Source: Lama guanicoe (lineage: Eukaryota). From it: a DNA stretch of 64,000 bases. Below, one piece after another: positions 37,774 to 60,940 of the stretch. The stretch covers positions 1,298,018 to 1,362,017 of the forward strand of contig MU057069.1 in NCBI GenBank assembly GCA_013239625.1. Direction: 5' to 3'. A model generated the notes under the pieces. It did no database searches. It was not told where the DNA came from and worked only from the letters and a program-made list of their open reading frames with translations. The position numbers and the translations under genes were made by a program. Within the stretch, counting starts at the first letter, position 1; each line of letters begins with the position of its first letter.

Positions 37774-38739
37774 GGCCAGGGTAGGGGCCAGAGAGCCACT
37801 TCCTCCACCTGCCCCTTCCACCTCCAGAAGTGGTGGATCCTGAAGTCTGGCCTATATGCTAAGAAGTCAGGATCCAGACCACGCTCTTGAGAAGTGGCCC
37901 TCTGCCTGGGGCTCAGGAACAGCCGTGGCCCCTGCCGAGAAGTCATGGAAGCTGCTCCTGTGGTCCCCTGGGGGCTGTGCTGTTAACGCGTTGGCAAAAG
38001 TCAGCGCGCCCAGCAGCTGAGCCTGCGGCCTGGGGTTGGGTGGCCTGCACGGGGCCTCCCTCCACAGACGTCCCAAGGAGGGGACAAGGCCAGGCGGTGG
38101 CTCTTGTTCTGAAGCTGCACCCACAGAAGCAGGTTCATTCCCCTTTACCAGGGAACTGCTGCGGCCAGGACGCCCGCAGCTCGTGTGCCTTAATGAAGGA
38201 TTCTGCCCCTTGACCCCAGCAGGTGACAGTGTGGCGTCTGGTGAATATTGGCAGGAGCCATGGGTACGGACATCACCCAGAGCCTGGCGGCCCTCCCGCC
38301 GTCTGCTGGCCCACATGGCCTCCCTCAGCCCGGCCCCGCTCCCTGTCCACGTGGTCGGCAGTGAGTCCAGCTCTCCTGGCCCCACCGTGGTCCTATGGGT
38401 CAGAGAGGAGCTGGTGTGAGATTCAGATCTCTCCACACCGTGCAGAGCCTGCCACATGCCTCATGTGTCCTCACAAAACCTCGGGAACAATACGTAGCCA
38501 TGTTGGCTTCGTTCTGTGGTTTGGACAACACACAGGAATAGGCTGTGAGTTGCGCAGAGTCATGTTGCTCATGGGTGAAGCAATGAACTGTCCTCAGGCC
38601 TTGGGACTCCAGGCTCCTACCCTTCCTGGATACCAGCGCTCCACCCTGGCTGGACAGCAGGATGCCTGGACTCGCTCCAGGAGCGTCTGGTCGGCGGGTG
38701 TGGGTCACGGCCCTGCGGCCCAGCCTGCTCCATCTACGT

Positions 38740-39300
38740 GGTTTCATCTCTTCTGAATGTTCCATATACGTGGAGCCATATGGGACGTGGCCCTGTGTCT
38801 GCTGCTTCCTCTGGGCGTCGCGTCTTCCAGGGTCACCCCTGTGGTCCTGTATTCAGTGCTCTGTCCTTTCTATGACTGAGTGATGTTCCATGGTGTGGCT
38901 GGACCACAATTTGTTCATCTGTTCTTCAGTTGATGGACACTTGGGCTGTTTCCACCTCCCAGCTGTCATGAGCAGTGTTGCTATAAACCTTGTACGAGCG
39001 TTTAAACACCTGTCGTGTTCCTTTAGGTCTGTACCTAGGAGTGGAGTTGCTGGGTCATGAGAGTCTGTGTTTAACTTTTGAAGAAGCACTAAACTTTTCC
39101 AGGGCAGCTGCACCGTTTTGCGTGCTCAGTGGCCCTGTGAGAGGGCTCCTGTTTTTTCACGTCCTTTCCCACGCTTATTTCCCGTTTTTTCCTTTTTTAA
39201 AAAAAATTTTGGCCATCCTGGTGGGTGTGCAGTGCTGTCTCGTGGTTTGGGCTTGTTTTCCTAACGGCGGTAGATGTCGCACAACCTTTGGGTGCTTCTT
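38740..39300 (-). mobile_element. Old L1 3' fragment downstream of TOP3A
   Basis: CAGTTGATGGACACTTGGGCTGTTTCCAC...TACCTAGGAGTGGAGTTGCTGGGTCAT; the minus translation ATPLLG...FIATLLMTAGRWKQPKCPS resembles the ORF2p C-terminus. Confidence 0.85.
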
Positions 39301-39539
39301 TGGCCTTTGGATTTCAGTCCCGCCTCTGAACACAGTCCCTCCCTTCTCGGCATTAACCACGAGGCTTCCGTGGGGGAACAGGCTCCTTCCTTTTCGCCCC
39401 TGGCTGCGCCCACACACCCTCCAGCCCCTTCAGCTGTCTCCGTGCGGCCAGCCCCCATCCTCTCGAGTCTGTCGCCTGAAGCCCCAGTGTTGGCACCCAG
39501 ACCCCGCACACCTGCAGATGCACACCTTGGGCTGGGTGT

Positions 39540-39905
39540 GCGGTGGGCTGGCCCGGGCCAGCTGTGCTGGTCTCTGTTCTGCACATCGGCCGCTGCGCAC
39601 TCCTCCGAGCCCAAGGCTCCCTCTGCCCCTGTTGGGCACCCTGAGCTCCCCGCCGGTGGATGGGCCTCCAGGGTGAGGCCCTGTTCCCCTCTCATCCCCC
39701 TCCCAGGGGCGCAGGTCCTGTCCTGATTCTTTTTCCCTTTGTCCTACCCGGTTACCTGGTGATCTTTCCTGCAGTTTTGGTTTTATGAGATTTCTTGCCA
39801 GCATTCAGCAGGAGTTCTGTGAGAACTGTTCCACGTGTAGGTGTATTTCTGGTGTATTTGTGGGAGGCGGTGAGCTCAGCGTCCTCCTGTTCCACTGTCT
39901 GGATC
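39540..39905 (-). mobile_element. L1 5'UTR-like fragment
   Basis: TGTATTTCTGGTGTATTTGTGGGAGGCGGTGAGCTCAGCGTCCTCCTGTTCCACTGTCT resembles the antisense 5' terminus of laurasiatherian L1s. Confidence 0.5.
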
Positions 39906-42810
39906 CGGCCCCTTGCCTGTCTTCCAGGCGTTGGTGTGTTTGGTGTTGAGCTGCAGGGTGCTAGACGCACTTGTGGATTTTAGTCTTCCTGCAGGTATCT
40001 CCTGTGTGCTCAGGGCCAGGACTGCTGGACGAGATAGGGCCAAGGGCAGCCACACGAGGGTCTGCCTGCCCACCGCCTGCTATGCCTTCGCCACTCGAAG
40101 CTGTGCGGAGGTCCCCTCGCGACGGCGGGGCTCAGTGCAGGGAGAAATGGGCCCGCCCAGCTGACGACACTGGGACGGTCTGAGCCGCCCATTCCCGAGC
40201 CCTGGGTGCCCCTGGGTTCACGCAGCGCTTCTGGCTCCCAGCCCCCCTGCAGGGAGCAGGCTGCAGAGGTGAACGCCCACCCTCTGAGCAGCTGAGCTGG
40301 GACTGGGGTGACGTCTCGGGGCGACGTCTCGGGACACTAGGTGGAGGCCCCGCTCTCCTCGGGGTGAGTCGCCTCTGCCTCCAGGGCCTCAGACCCCAGG
40401 ATCACAGGAGGTCCAGTTCAGCTCGCAGGCAGGAGAGGCCATGGTGCACCAGCAGCATTCGTGCTGGGAGGGCCACTGGGTCAGCCTGGAAAGTTCGCTG
40501 TGAGGTCACATAAGCGAATATGCCTGAGCCCCAGCAGTCTGACCTGCTGTGTCAGGAAACGGGCAGCAGTGCCAGGAGGACCCAAACCGCGTCCAGAGCC
40601 ATCGTGCTGGCCTGGTCGCAGCCTGGGGTTCGTCACCATGCCTCAGCGTGTGTCCTCAATGAACTAGGTGCAACCAAACTGTGACATTACTGGGTTTTTT
40701 TTAAAAAGATTATCTTTATTTTTCTGATTACAAAAGAGAAATGCAAAGGTGTCAGGCTTCTGTGACACATCAGGTTGAAGGCCACTTGTCTTGAAGGGAC
40801 GCAGGCAGACGTAGGGCAGGGGCCCTGGCTTAGGGGCTGCTGGGTGAACCGTGACCTGACCCCGGGCCCTCCCTGTCCCCAGAGGAGGTGCCCGCGGGCT
40901 CTAAGGCTCAGCTCGGTCCCAGGCTGGAGGAGAAGGGACCTTTGGGATCAGAAGTCGGGAAGGGCTTTCCACGTGCGGCTTGTCCACCAGCTGGGGCGGG
41001 TCTCCGGACAGCCTGCCCTAAAGATCTCCCAACCAGGTGGGGTCTCCCAAGAGGAGGCTCGGGAGCAGGTGTCGCGGCTGCCTTTCCCATCCTGCTGCAG
41101 CCCGGCCGGTCGGGGCCCTGGTACTTTGGGGCTGGTTTTTCAGCCTGCTGACTGCAGCCCCCCAGGTTTGGCAAGATACCTGGGACCCTGAGCCACCCGT
41201 GTGCGCTCGCCACACCCACAGCCTCCAGCGAGAAAGCTCATGCAGGCTTTCATCAGGGCCTCTTCTGTTCAGTGACCGCACAGCTGAGCCCACAGGACAG
41301 GCCCGCTTTGCGGGTGAGGGCTGGTCTGCAGCTGAGCTGTCCTGCGGGGCCGTGCTCGGGAGCAGATGCCCAGGAGTCTGTCTTCTGTACCTAAGCTTGA
41401 GGCGTGTTAGGGTGGAGGAGACACAGGCGGTGCCTTGTAAATCAGCTTCTGCTTGCTGCTTTGGGGTCACTTCTCTCATCCACGTGGGCTGCCAGGCCAC
41501 TCTGGCAGGTGGCATCACCGCCACACTCCCAACTCCTGGTCACTCGGTAAAGCCAAGGACGAGGGTTGCCTGGCTTTGCACCCCAGCCGAAGGGCCTGCC
41601 ACGCTGAGCTGGAACCATCCTTTGTTACAAGGGAGACAGCGACGCAGCAGCGGCCCCACACAGCCAGCCTGGCACCCAGGAGCCCACGGGAGGCCCCGAC
41701 GGGACGGCGGGTCCGGGCCTGTGCCGGACGCTGGCCTTGTCAGGGTCTCCCCACAAGCATCTGGCTTCTTCCTTGGTCCATCCTGGCTGCTTCTTACTAA
41801 AATCATGGTGTGAGGGGAAACTGAAGCATGAGGCTGCCACAGGCTCCCACGTGTGGGGTCGGATCATCTAAGGAGGGCTCTGACCCCAGTGCGTCTCATC
41901 TGCTCCCCGGCCAGGCCTTCCCCAGTTGGCACCCGAGGCCCCCGCCCCCGGTCAGACACAGGCCTGCAGGGGGAGCCCTGACCGCCTGGGTCTCGTGTCC
42001 GAGAGCTCTGGTTTGGGGGCAGTTCACCTTGTGCCAGGCTCCCACTGCCACTCTAGAACCACTTTATAGGGGAGAAGGCCATGGCTGCCTCTGCCTCCAG
42101 CCTGTCCCCTGGCTGACCCTCCACTGCTCACAGCTGTGTGCCAAGAGCACTCAGGGAAGCCAGTCTCCCTCCTTCTGACCCCCTGTGGAGCCTGACGGAG
42201 TGCCCCCGAGGCAGAGCCCTCTGCCCTGCACTGCCCTGCACAGGCAGGTAGGTACACACAAGCATCTTGTCTGCCCTGTGCGCTGGCCCTCGGATGAAGG
42301 CGGCTCCTTGGTGTACATGGGGTGGAGGAGGAAAAGCCAGAGGGCCCTGGCACAGCGGTGGGGCCTCAGCTCAAGTGCCCCAAGCCCTCCCCAGGCCTCA
42401 CCTGCCATCTGTGGTGACAAGTGAGCCCAGCCACCGTTCCTGTGGGGACAGACACACCTGCTGCCCTACCTGTGCACGTCAGGGAGCCTGCCTTCGACTT
42501 GTGGGGTCACGTTTCTCTGCCACCCCACAAGGCTGGCTGAAGGGCTCCGGGCAGCACCTCCCATCCCAGGAAGCACAGGGGCTCCAGGGGTCAGGCTTCC
42601 GGGAAGAAACGAGACCCTAGCCAGTCTGTTCCTGTGACTATAGCAACACGTCACCTCCAGGAACCGTGTAACATTCTTGCTCCACAGAATCCACTTTTCC
42701 ACTGAAATCCATCTCCTCCAGGCTGAGCCCGAGCCCCTCCAGCGAGATTACAGAACTGGAACATTGCATATAAGAGCCCAGTGTGTCCTACGGATGCTTA
42801 AGTTTTTGCT

Positions 42811-42816
42811 TTTATT
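42811..42816 (-). terminator. Poly(A) signal AATAAA of MIEF2 (proximal; a second candidate lies at 40715-40720)
   Basis: TTTATT on +, about 690 nt downstream of the MIEF2 stop. Confidence 0.7.
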
Positions 42817-43500
42817 CTTGTTCACAGTTCTCGAGGCATAGCTTTGCTTCAGGAGGAAGGATACGAGACAGGAGATAAGCCCAGGAGGGGAGGCAGGCCC
42901 CTCCCCAGCCCCCTCCCCTGCCAGGCCTCAGGGCGAGCACAGGGTCAGCTAGCAAAGCTGGTATTGGCACCGCAGGGCGGGCCCAGCAGGGCCAGGGGAC
43001 ACCCTCCGCTCGGGGCCCAGTGGGCGGCACAGAGAACTTCAGCTCAGGACTTGTGCAGCCGTGGCAGCGGGGGGGGGGGCGGGGGGGGCGGGGAGGCCTT
43101 CCCTGAGGTGTGACGTGAGAGCCCCCGCTCCAGCTACAGAGCTGGGCCAGCAAACCGGACACACGTGGCCTTTAAATCAGACGAAAGCTGCATTCCGCGG
43201 GTTCTAGGCAACTCCGGTCCTTGGGGGACAAAACACGCACAGCGTCCACCGAGGCTGGCACCCGAGGAAAGCAGGACTCCCTCTGGACAGAAAATCAGCG
43301 TGGCCTTATCCCGTGCCTAGGACAGTAGGAGCTTTGTTCTGTCTGTGGATTCCCTGCTGGTGATGAGGCCTCAGGGTCGGCCCCGAGGCCGGGTCGGGGC
43401 AAGCGGGGGCCCCGCTCAGGCCTCCCACAACATGAGCTAAGCCATCCTCTGGCTAAAAACAGAAAGGTGCTCTGGAACCCCTGGAGGGAGCACGTGCAGC

Positions 43501-45498
43501 TCACCAGCGTTTGTGCCCCACGCCACCCCAGAGCAGCCCCTCGGGGGCCTGCAGGCCATAGTACAGGGCGTAGCCCAGGTCCTCGACTTCCTCCTCCCGC
43601 AGGCCGCCCAGCAGGTTCACGCCGGGGTTGAAGTGGCAGGGCAGGCTGGCCTGCTCCAGGCTGCCAATGAGCAGCTCCAGGGCCTGCAGGAAGCGCTCCC
43701 CCAGGGCCTCCTCAGCCCAGTCCGCCTCCTCCTCCCCTAGGCGCAGAACCACCTGGGTCAGGTGGCTGCGACCCAGACGCCACAGGACAGAGTGGCCGCG
43801 GCAGACACCGCAGAGCAACAACAGTAGCCGCCGGCGGGTCCCAGTGTCACCAGCATCCAGGGCCCGCAGCCTGGCGGCCTCCGCCGGGTACAAGTCCTGC
43901 AGCCAGAGGTTCCCCGCCAGCCCCTCCAGGGGCCAGGCCAGCAGGAGGCGGTCTCCGGCCTGGGCCCCGGTGACGGCCAGGAGCACAGCCACGGTGAGCT
44001 CCAGGCGCTCGTGCTGCACCTCGAGCAGCAGCTCCTCCGAGGCCACGCGGGGCCGAATCAGGCACCCGAGCAGGCTGCCAATGGCCGGCCAGTTGACGGA
44101 GGCGGTCAGGGCCTTGCGGAGCAGCTCCAGCAGCACCCGGGAGGACAGGTAGCCGCCTACCAGGAAGCGGTCCCAGGGGCTGCTCCCCCGGGGGTGGAAC
44201 TCCAGCTGAGTCCTGCGCACCGCCCAGCAGCGAGGGTCCCTGGCCACAGTGTCCGTGCCAGGCACCAGGCTCCACAGGCCTGGCTCCAGGGCCAGGGGCA
44301 CCAGGAGGCGCACAGGGTCGGCAGCCCCCGCCTGCAGCCCATCAAAGAGTGGCCCGCCGGGCACGACTGCCCCAAAAGGCAGTGCGGGGAACTTGCTTCG
44401 CAGGTAGGCCTGCAGCTCCAGAGCAACATCGCCAGCCAGCTGTTTGGCCAGAGCCACATGGGCCACAGGGATGGTCACATGGTCCTGCTCAAATGCCAGC
44501 AGCTTCTCCTGGAACGTCAGGCACGGCGGTGCTGGGGAGCTGAGCCGAGGCGCCCCTGGAGCATCTGCACCTGCGGGCCCCGCTGGGAGGAAGGGGCCGG
44601 GGACCAGGTCAGGGGCTGTCACCAGCCAAGAGAGCTCTGCCCAGTTACTAGCTGCGTCCCTCCCTGGTAATGACACCTGAGAAGGCCCTTAGCCAGGTCC
44701 TCACGGACAGCAGGGCTCTGAGGCTGAGCCTGCTTCACAGAGGGTGGGAGACAGGCTCCAGGTCTTGTGTCCCCATCTGAGGTCCCCCCACCATCAGAAT
44801 GCTGCCACCCCCCATGGCCCACACATCCTGGTGGCCACAGTGCCACCCAGGAGGTAGAAAAACAGAGAAACATGACACCATTAAACATGCAGGAACCTGC
44901 GTGGTCACGCTGTCGGTCAGTGGCAGAGCCTGGGCCGCATCTCCTGAATGTGACCACCAAAGGGGGGCTCATCCAGGGCAGAGGAGGAGTGCCGCTCACC
45001 TGGGGCGGAGGGTGAGCGGGCCGGGAGCGGCGTGGGATGACTGAGGGCAGCAGGTGGGGGCCGCGGCTGCAGGCGTGGCGTGGCCTTGAGCAGGCTCAGT
45101 TCCTTCCAGCTGTCCTCCAGGCATGTGGCGTCCCCCTTGACATCATCCTCGTCCCGAGAGCTGGTGGCCCTGTCGATGAGCTGCAGACAGAGGGACACAG
45201 ACAAGAGCGTCTAAAACCTGGGTGGCCACAGCAAAGCCAAGGGCAGAGCAAACCAGGCCACTGGGGTGGAGGCAGCTGCAGCCTCGGGCAGCCCCACTAC
45301 CCCTGGCCCTGCTTGGGGAGCCCCAGGGTCCCCAGGCCACCCCAGCCTTACCCGTTTCACAGCCAGGGTGGCGATGCCCAGCACGGCAGCCCCGCCCACA
45401 CCCAGCACCAGGCGGGCGTTGGCCAGGAGAAAGTCCACAGCGCCACCCAGCACTTCACCATCCCGCCGCTTGCCCCGATTCTGGGAGAGCTCCGCCAT
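43501..45498 (-). CDS. MIEF2: Mitochondrial dynamics protein MiD49 (DRP1 receptor), 469 aa, 3 coding exons
   Basis: Exons 45498-45352 (MAELSQNRGKRRDGEVLGGAVDFLLANARLVLGVGGAAVLGIATLAVKR, TM anchor), 45180-45000 and 44582-43501 total 1410 nt in frame. A probable non-coding exon 1 ends at 47109 (donor GTACGG). Confidence 0.96.
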
Positions 45499-47885
45499 GG
45501 TGGATCCAGCTGCAAGAGAGCCAGGATGCAGGGACCACTCAGCGAGGGGGCGGCCAGCAGGGCAGCAGGGCAGGCACTCTGGCTGTCGTCCTGCTGGGGT
45601 CAGAGTTGAGCCCACGAGGGGGCTTCCTGAGAATTTCTCGGGAGAAAGGGACACCTTTCAGGGTTTCCTGGGAGGAGGTTGGGAGCTGCCCAAGCCCCCT
45701 CCCCAAACCTGCAAACAGCCTACCCCCTGGGAGGGCGGGGTCACGGAGAAAGGCCCTCAGATTCATGGCAGTTCAGGGAAAGGGGAGCATCTTCCCCACC
45801 CCACCCTCCAAGACCTCTGATACCACCAAAGCCCGTGAGGTGGGTCTTACCGTCACCAAAGCCCGTTTGACAAAGAAACAGGCTGCTTGGCCACACAGCG
45901 AGTGGCAGGGACTGCAGACCCTCACCCACACACACACGGCCAGGCCCCAGGGGCAGCCCCCATTCTGGGTCCTAACTGGGGCTGGCACAGCAGGAGGAAA
46001 CCAAGGCCCGGAGAAGACTGCGGCTTGGGGTCCTATGCAGCCTGCCCCAGATAGCCTGTCATACCTTTGGGGGGACCCTGGTAAAGCTCAAGAGGCCACA
46101 GTTACCCCCCCCAAATCTCAGCAGCCCCCAGAGGCAGAGCTACCAAGTCAGAGGACAGAACAAGGGCGATGGCCCAGGCTGCCCAGGGGGCGGGAGCTGG
46201 CTGTCGACAGGTATGTGCCAGACCAGGCTGAAGGCTCTGCTGGGGGAGCGGCAAAGTGTCCCTAAAGACACCAAGCAGGGCTGGCCCACTGCCTTGGACA
46301 GGGGCCTCTCGGGCCTGGGACAGTGGTGGGAGGGGAGCCATCCTCAGCTGCCAGGAATCCAGACAACAGAGGGCAAACTAAGGGCCCAAAACCCCACTGT
46401 TTGCTCGCCTACAAAACAGCACAGGTGTGGTGAGAAAGGTTAAAGGGGGGAGCCCAGAAGTGTGGGGCTGGGAGGACGGGCATCTCTGCCAGGGACCGTG
46501 GGCCAGGCCCAGCCCTGGGTTTTTCCAGGGGACTGCTGCTCTCAGATCCTAGGCGCTGAGGGGGTGTGTGACTAAGGGACAAGCCCAGGGGACCAGTCAG
46601 GTGGCCAGGCAGGACTGTCTCACTGAGGGCACGCAAATGACCCTGAGCTCAGAGCCAACTCAGCTCCAAGGACTTCTGCCTGCCCTGCTGCAGCGGGTGC
46701 CTCAGCCTGCTTGCCAGGTGAGGCCTGCAGCCCGGCACCGCCGCCCGCTCCCGGGCTAAAAATAGGAAAGAGGGCCAGGGGGTGACCCAGCACGGCCCTG
46801 TGGCCGGCTTCCTCGTCCGGGATCAGTATTGCCACCCGCCTCCAAACTGTAAAGCGCTCGAAGACCCCACCTGTCTGACCGGGGACGCCGCCCAGCCTCC
46901 GGGTCGCGCAGACCCCAGCCCGGGAAGAGGAGAGGGCGCAGCTGGGCCTCCCCTCCTCCTCCAAGCCGCGGCCAGCGAAGGAATCGGGGCCCTGGGGACG
47001 CCGGGATGGACCCAAGACCGGCCCCGAGCTCGGTCCTTCCCCAGTGCCCCCTTTCCGGGCCGGCGCCGCGCGCCCGGCGGAGGCCACGCCCCCGCGCTCC
47101 GGCCGTACCTACGTCGCGGCTTCGGCGCACCGGCCGGCGGACGCAAGGGGCCCGCTAAGGCCGCGCACCCCGGGGCCGTCTGGGAATGTAACGTGGAGGA
47201 CTCGGGAACCGAACGCCGAGGCCCGGGGGGCGGGCTCGGGCCCGGCGCTCGCTGACCGGCAGGCGCTGGCTCCAATCGGAGCGCTCGAGGTGCCTTCCCA
47301 CGTGCCTCCCTGCCGCGCGCTCGGCCAGTGGCGACGGCGCGCTCCTCGGGGGTGGTGCTCCCCGGCGCGCTCTGCCTTAAAGGCGCAGGTCTGCGCTGCG
47401 CGCTCGGCCGGCGGGAAGGCGAGCTTCCTCCGGGTCCCTTGGTCACTGTGGCCTGCGGCCGCTTACCATGAAAGGGACACGGGCCCCGTCACCCACTGCG
47501 ACCGCCCTCTAGGGTGACGAGCGGGCATGTAACCGCGCACCCGGCATCCGAGCAAGGACGCCGAGGAGCTCGGGCTGCGCCCCGGGGAGCGTCTCACCGG
47601 AGGGAGGGCCCGCGGCTCCCGCACGAAGACCCGGGCGTCCTACTGCCGCTGCCGCCGAGCGCCCGGGCCGGGGTCCAGAACCACCGGGGTCCCGCGCACC
47701 GGCCGGCGGAGGGGACAGCGCCCGCGGGCCGAGAAGGCGGTGCGCTCATCCGCCAGGGCGCGTCCCGAGCCGGGGGCCGAGGGGCGGGGCCGCGCTCTCC
47801 CCGCCCCGCCGACTCCGCGGTCCCCGCCCTTCGCGCCCCGCCTCGCCGGCCGCCCGCTCCCCGCTCCCGGCAGCCGAGCGCCGCC

Positions 47886-59677
<11,792 letters not shown>

Positions 59678-59852
59678 GGCGGTGTCTCCAACCCACGCCT
59701 TGCCCTGCGGAGGGAGAGGAAGGGCCTGTCTGCCGCCCCGGCCAGCAGTGGCTACCCTGACCAGTGGACCCCCTGCAGTGTGAGCTCACGGATGATGCTC
59801 TGCCCGCACCCCCACCAGGGATAAAGCAGATGAGGTTGCCCTTTAAAGAGAT

Positions 59853-59903
59853 ATTAAATGCTTTTATTTTCAATATTAAAAATCAGTATTTTTAATATTA
59901 AAA
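59853..59903. terminator. Shared bidirectional polyadenylation zone of FLII (+) and LLGL1 (-)
   Basis: ATTAAA on + at 59853, 59875 and 59897; AATAAA on - at 59863-59868. Confidence 0.85.
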
Positions 59904-60025
59904 CCGCTAATTTTAACAAAACGATAGGAAAAAAAACCCCAGGGTATAATCTACAGGGAAACCCATCCTGCCCCACCCCCTCACCCCCATCCTGCACACA
60001 CTCGACCAGGCCCCGCTCCTGGGTG

Positions 60026-60060
60026 TACACACACACACACACACACGCACGCACGCACGC
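60026..60060. repeat. (CA)n(CGCA)n microsatellite in the LLGL1 3'UTR
   Basis: TACACACACACACACACACACGCACGCACGCACGC. Confidence 0.95.
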
Positions 60061-60940
60061 TGGGGGGGCGGCTGGGGGGGCTGGCCCAGGAACAAGTACC
60101 AAAATAGTTTTAGAAATGACTGTTTTGCCTGGCACAGGCGTTAGAAAAATACTCTTTGCAAGTGGAGAGGACCAATGGCACGTGGAGTGGGAGGTGGCCT
60201 GGGCTTTCGGCCCCAGCTGGCCGCTGCCCCACCCCCTGCCCCCGAGTAGCCACCGCCTATAGGAAGGCTGGTCTGAATCCACCCGAGGCACTGCACCAGG
60301 GCAGGCAGGTCCTGCTGGAGGCCAGGTTAGCAGGTGAAGGGCCAGGCTGGAGCCAGGGGTCCTGGATCCCAGCTCAGAGCAGAGCAGGCAGTGGCCTGGT
60401 GGCTCTGGCCTTCCTGGTAAAGGAGGTGAAGAGGAGTCAGCGTAAGGCCGAGGAGATGCAGAGGGGCAGGCGACCTGGCCACACAGTGCCACTCAGCCTC
60501 CCCAGAGTGCCAGCCTGAGATGGCCTTGCTGAGTGAGCCTGACCGCATCCGGCCCTGAGGGCAGGCGGGGGCCGCAGTGTCTGCTGCTGCTGGGAGAAGC
60601 TACTGGTTAACAGGCAGGGTGGGCAAGCCCACCAGCCCCACATCTGGGTGGGGGCGGCACGAGACTGGAGTAGGGGGCCAGTCAGCCCCGGACAGTGCCC
60701 GAACCCCTGTGCGGAGCTGATGTCACCTGCAAAATGGGCTTGCCAAACCAGCCTCTAAGGGGTGTGGCCTGGTCTTGTTTCAAACACCAGCCGTGACAGC
60801 TGGAGGCTGACTGGCTGGCCCTGGTTTTCTAACACCCAACCATGAAAACCACATTTGTGGGTTCCCCCAGCCCTGCCGGGACAGTCCTGGGGGGCTGAGC
60901 AGAGAGGAGGGGGGAGACCTGGGCCCGCACCTACAGCGCC

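Noticed and set aside
45510-47160. AltMIEF1-like LYR-motif uORF in the MIEF2 leader
   Set aside because: No ATG in the inferred short spliced leader and no LYR-type ORF recognised.
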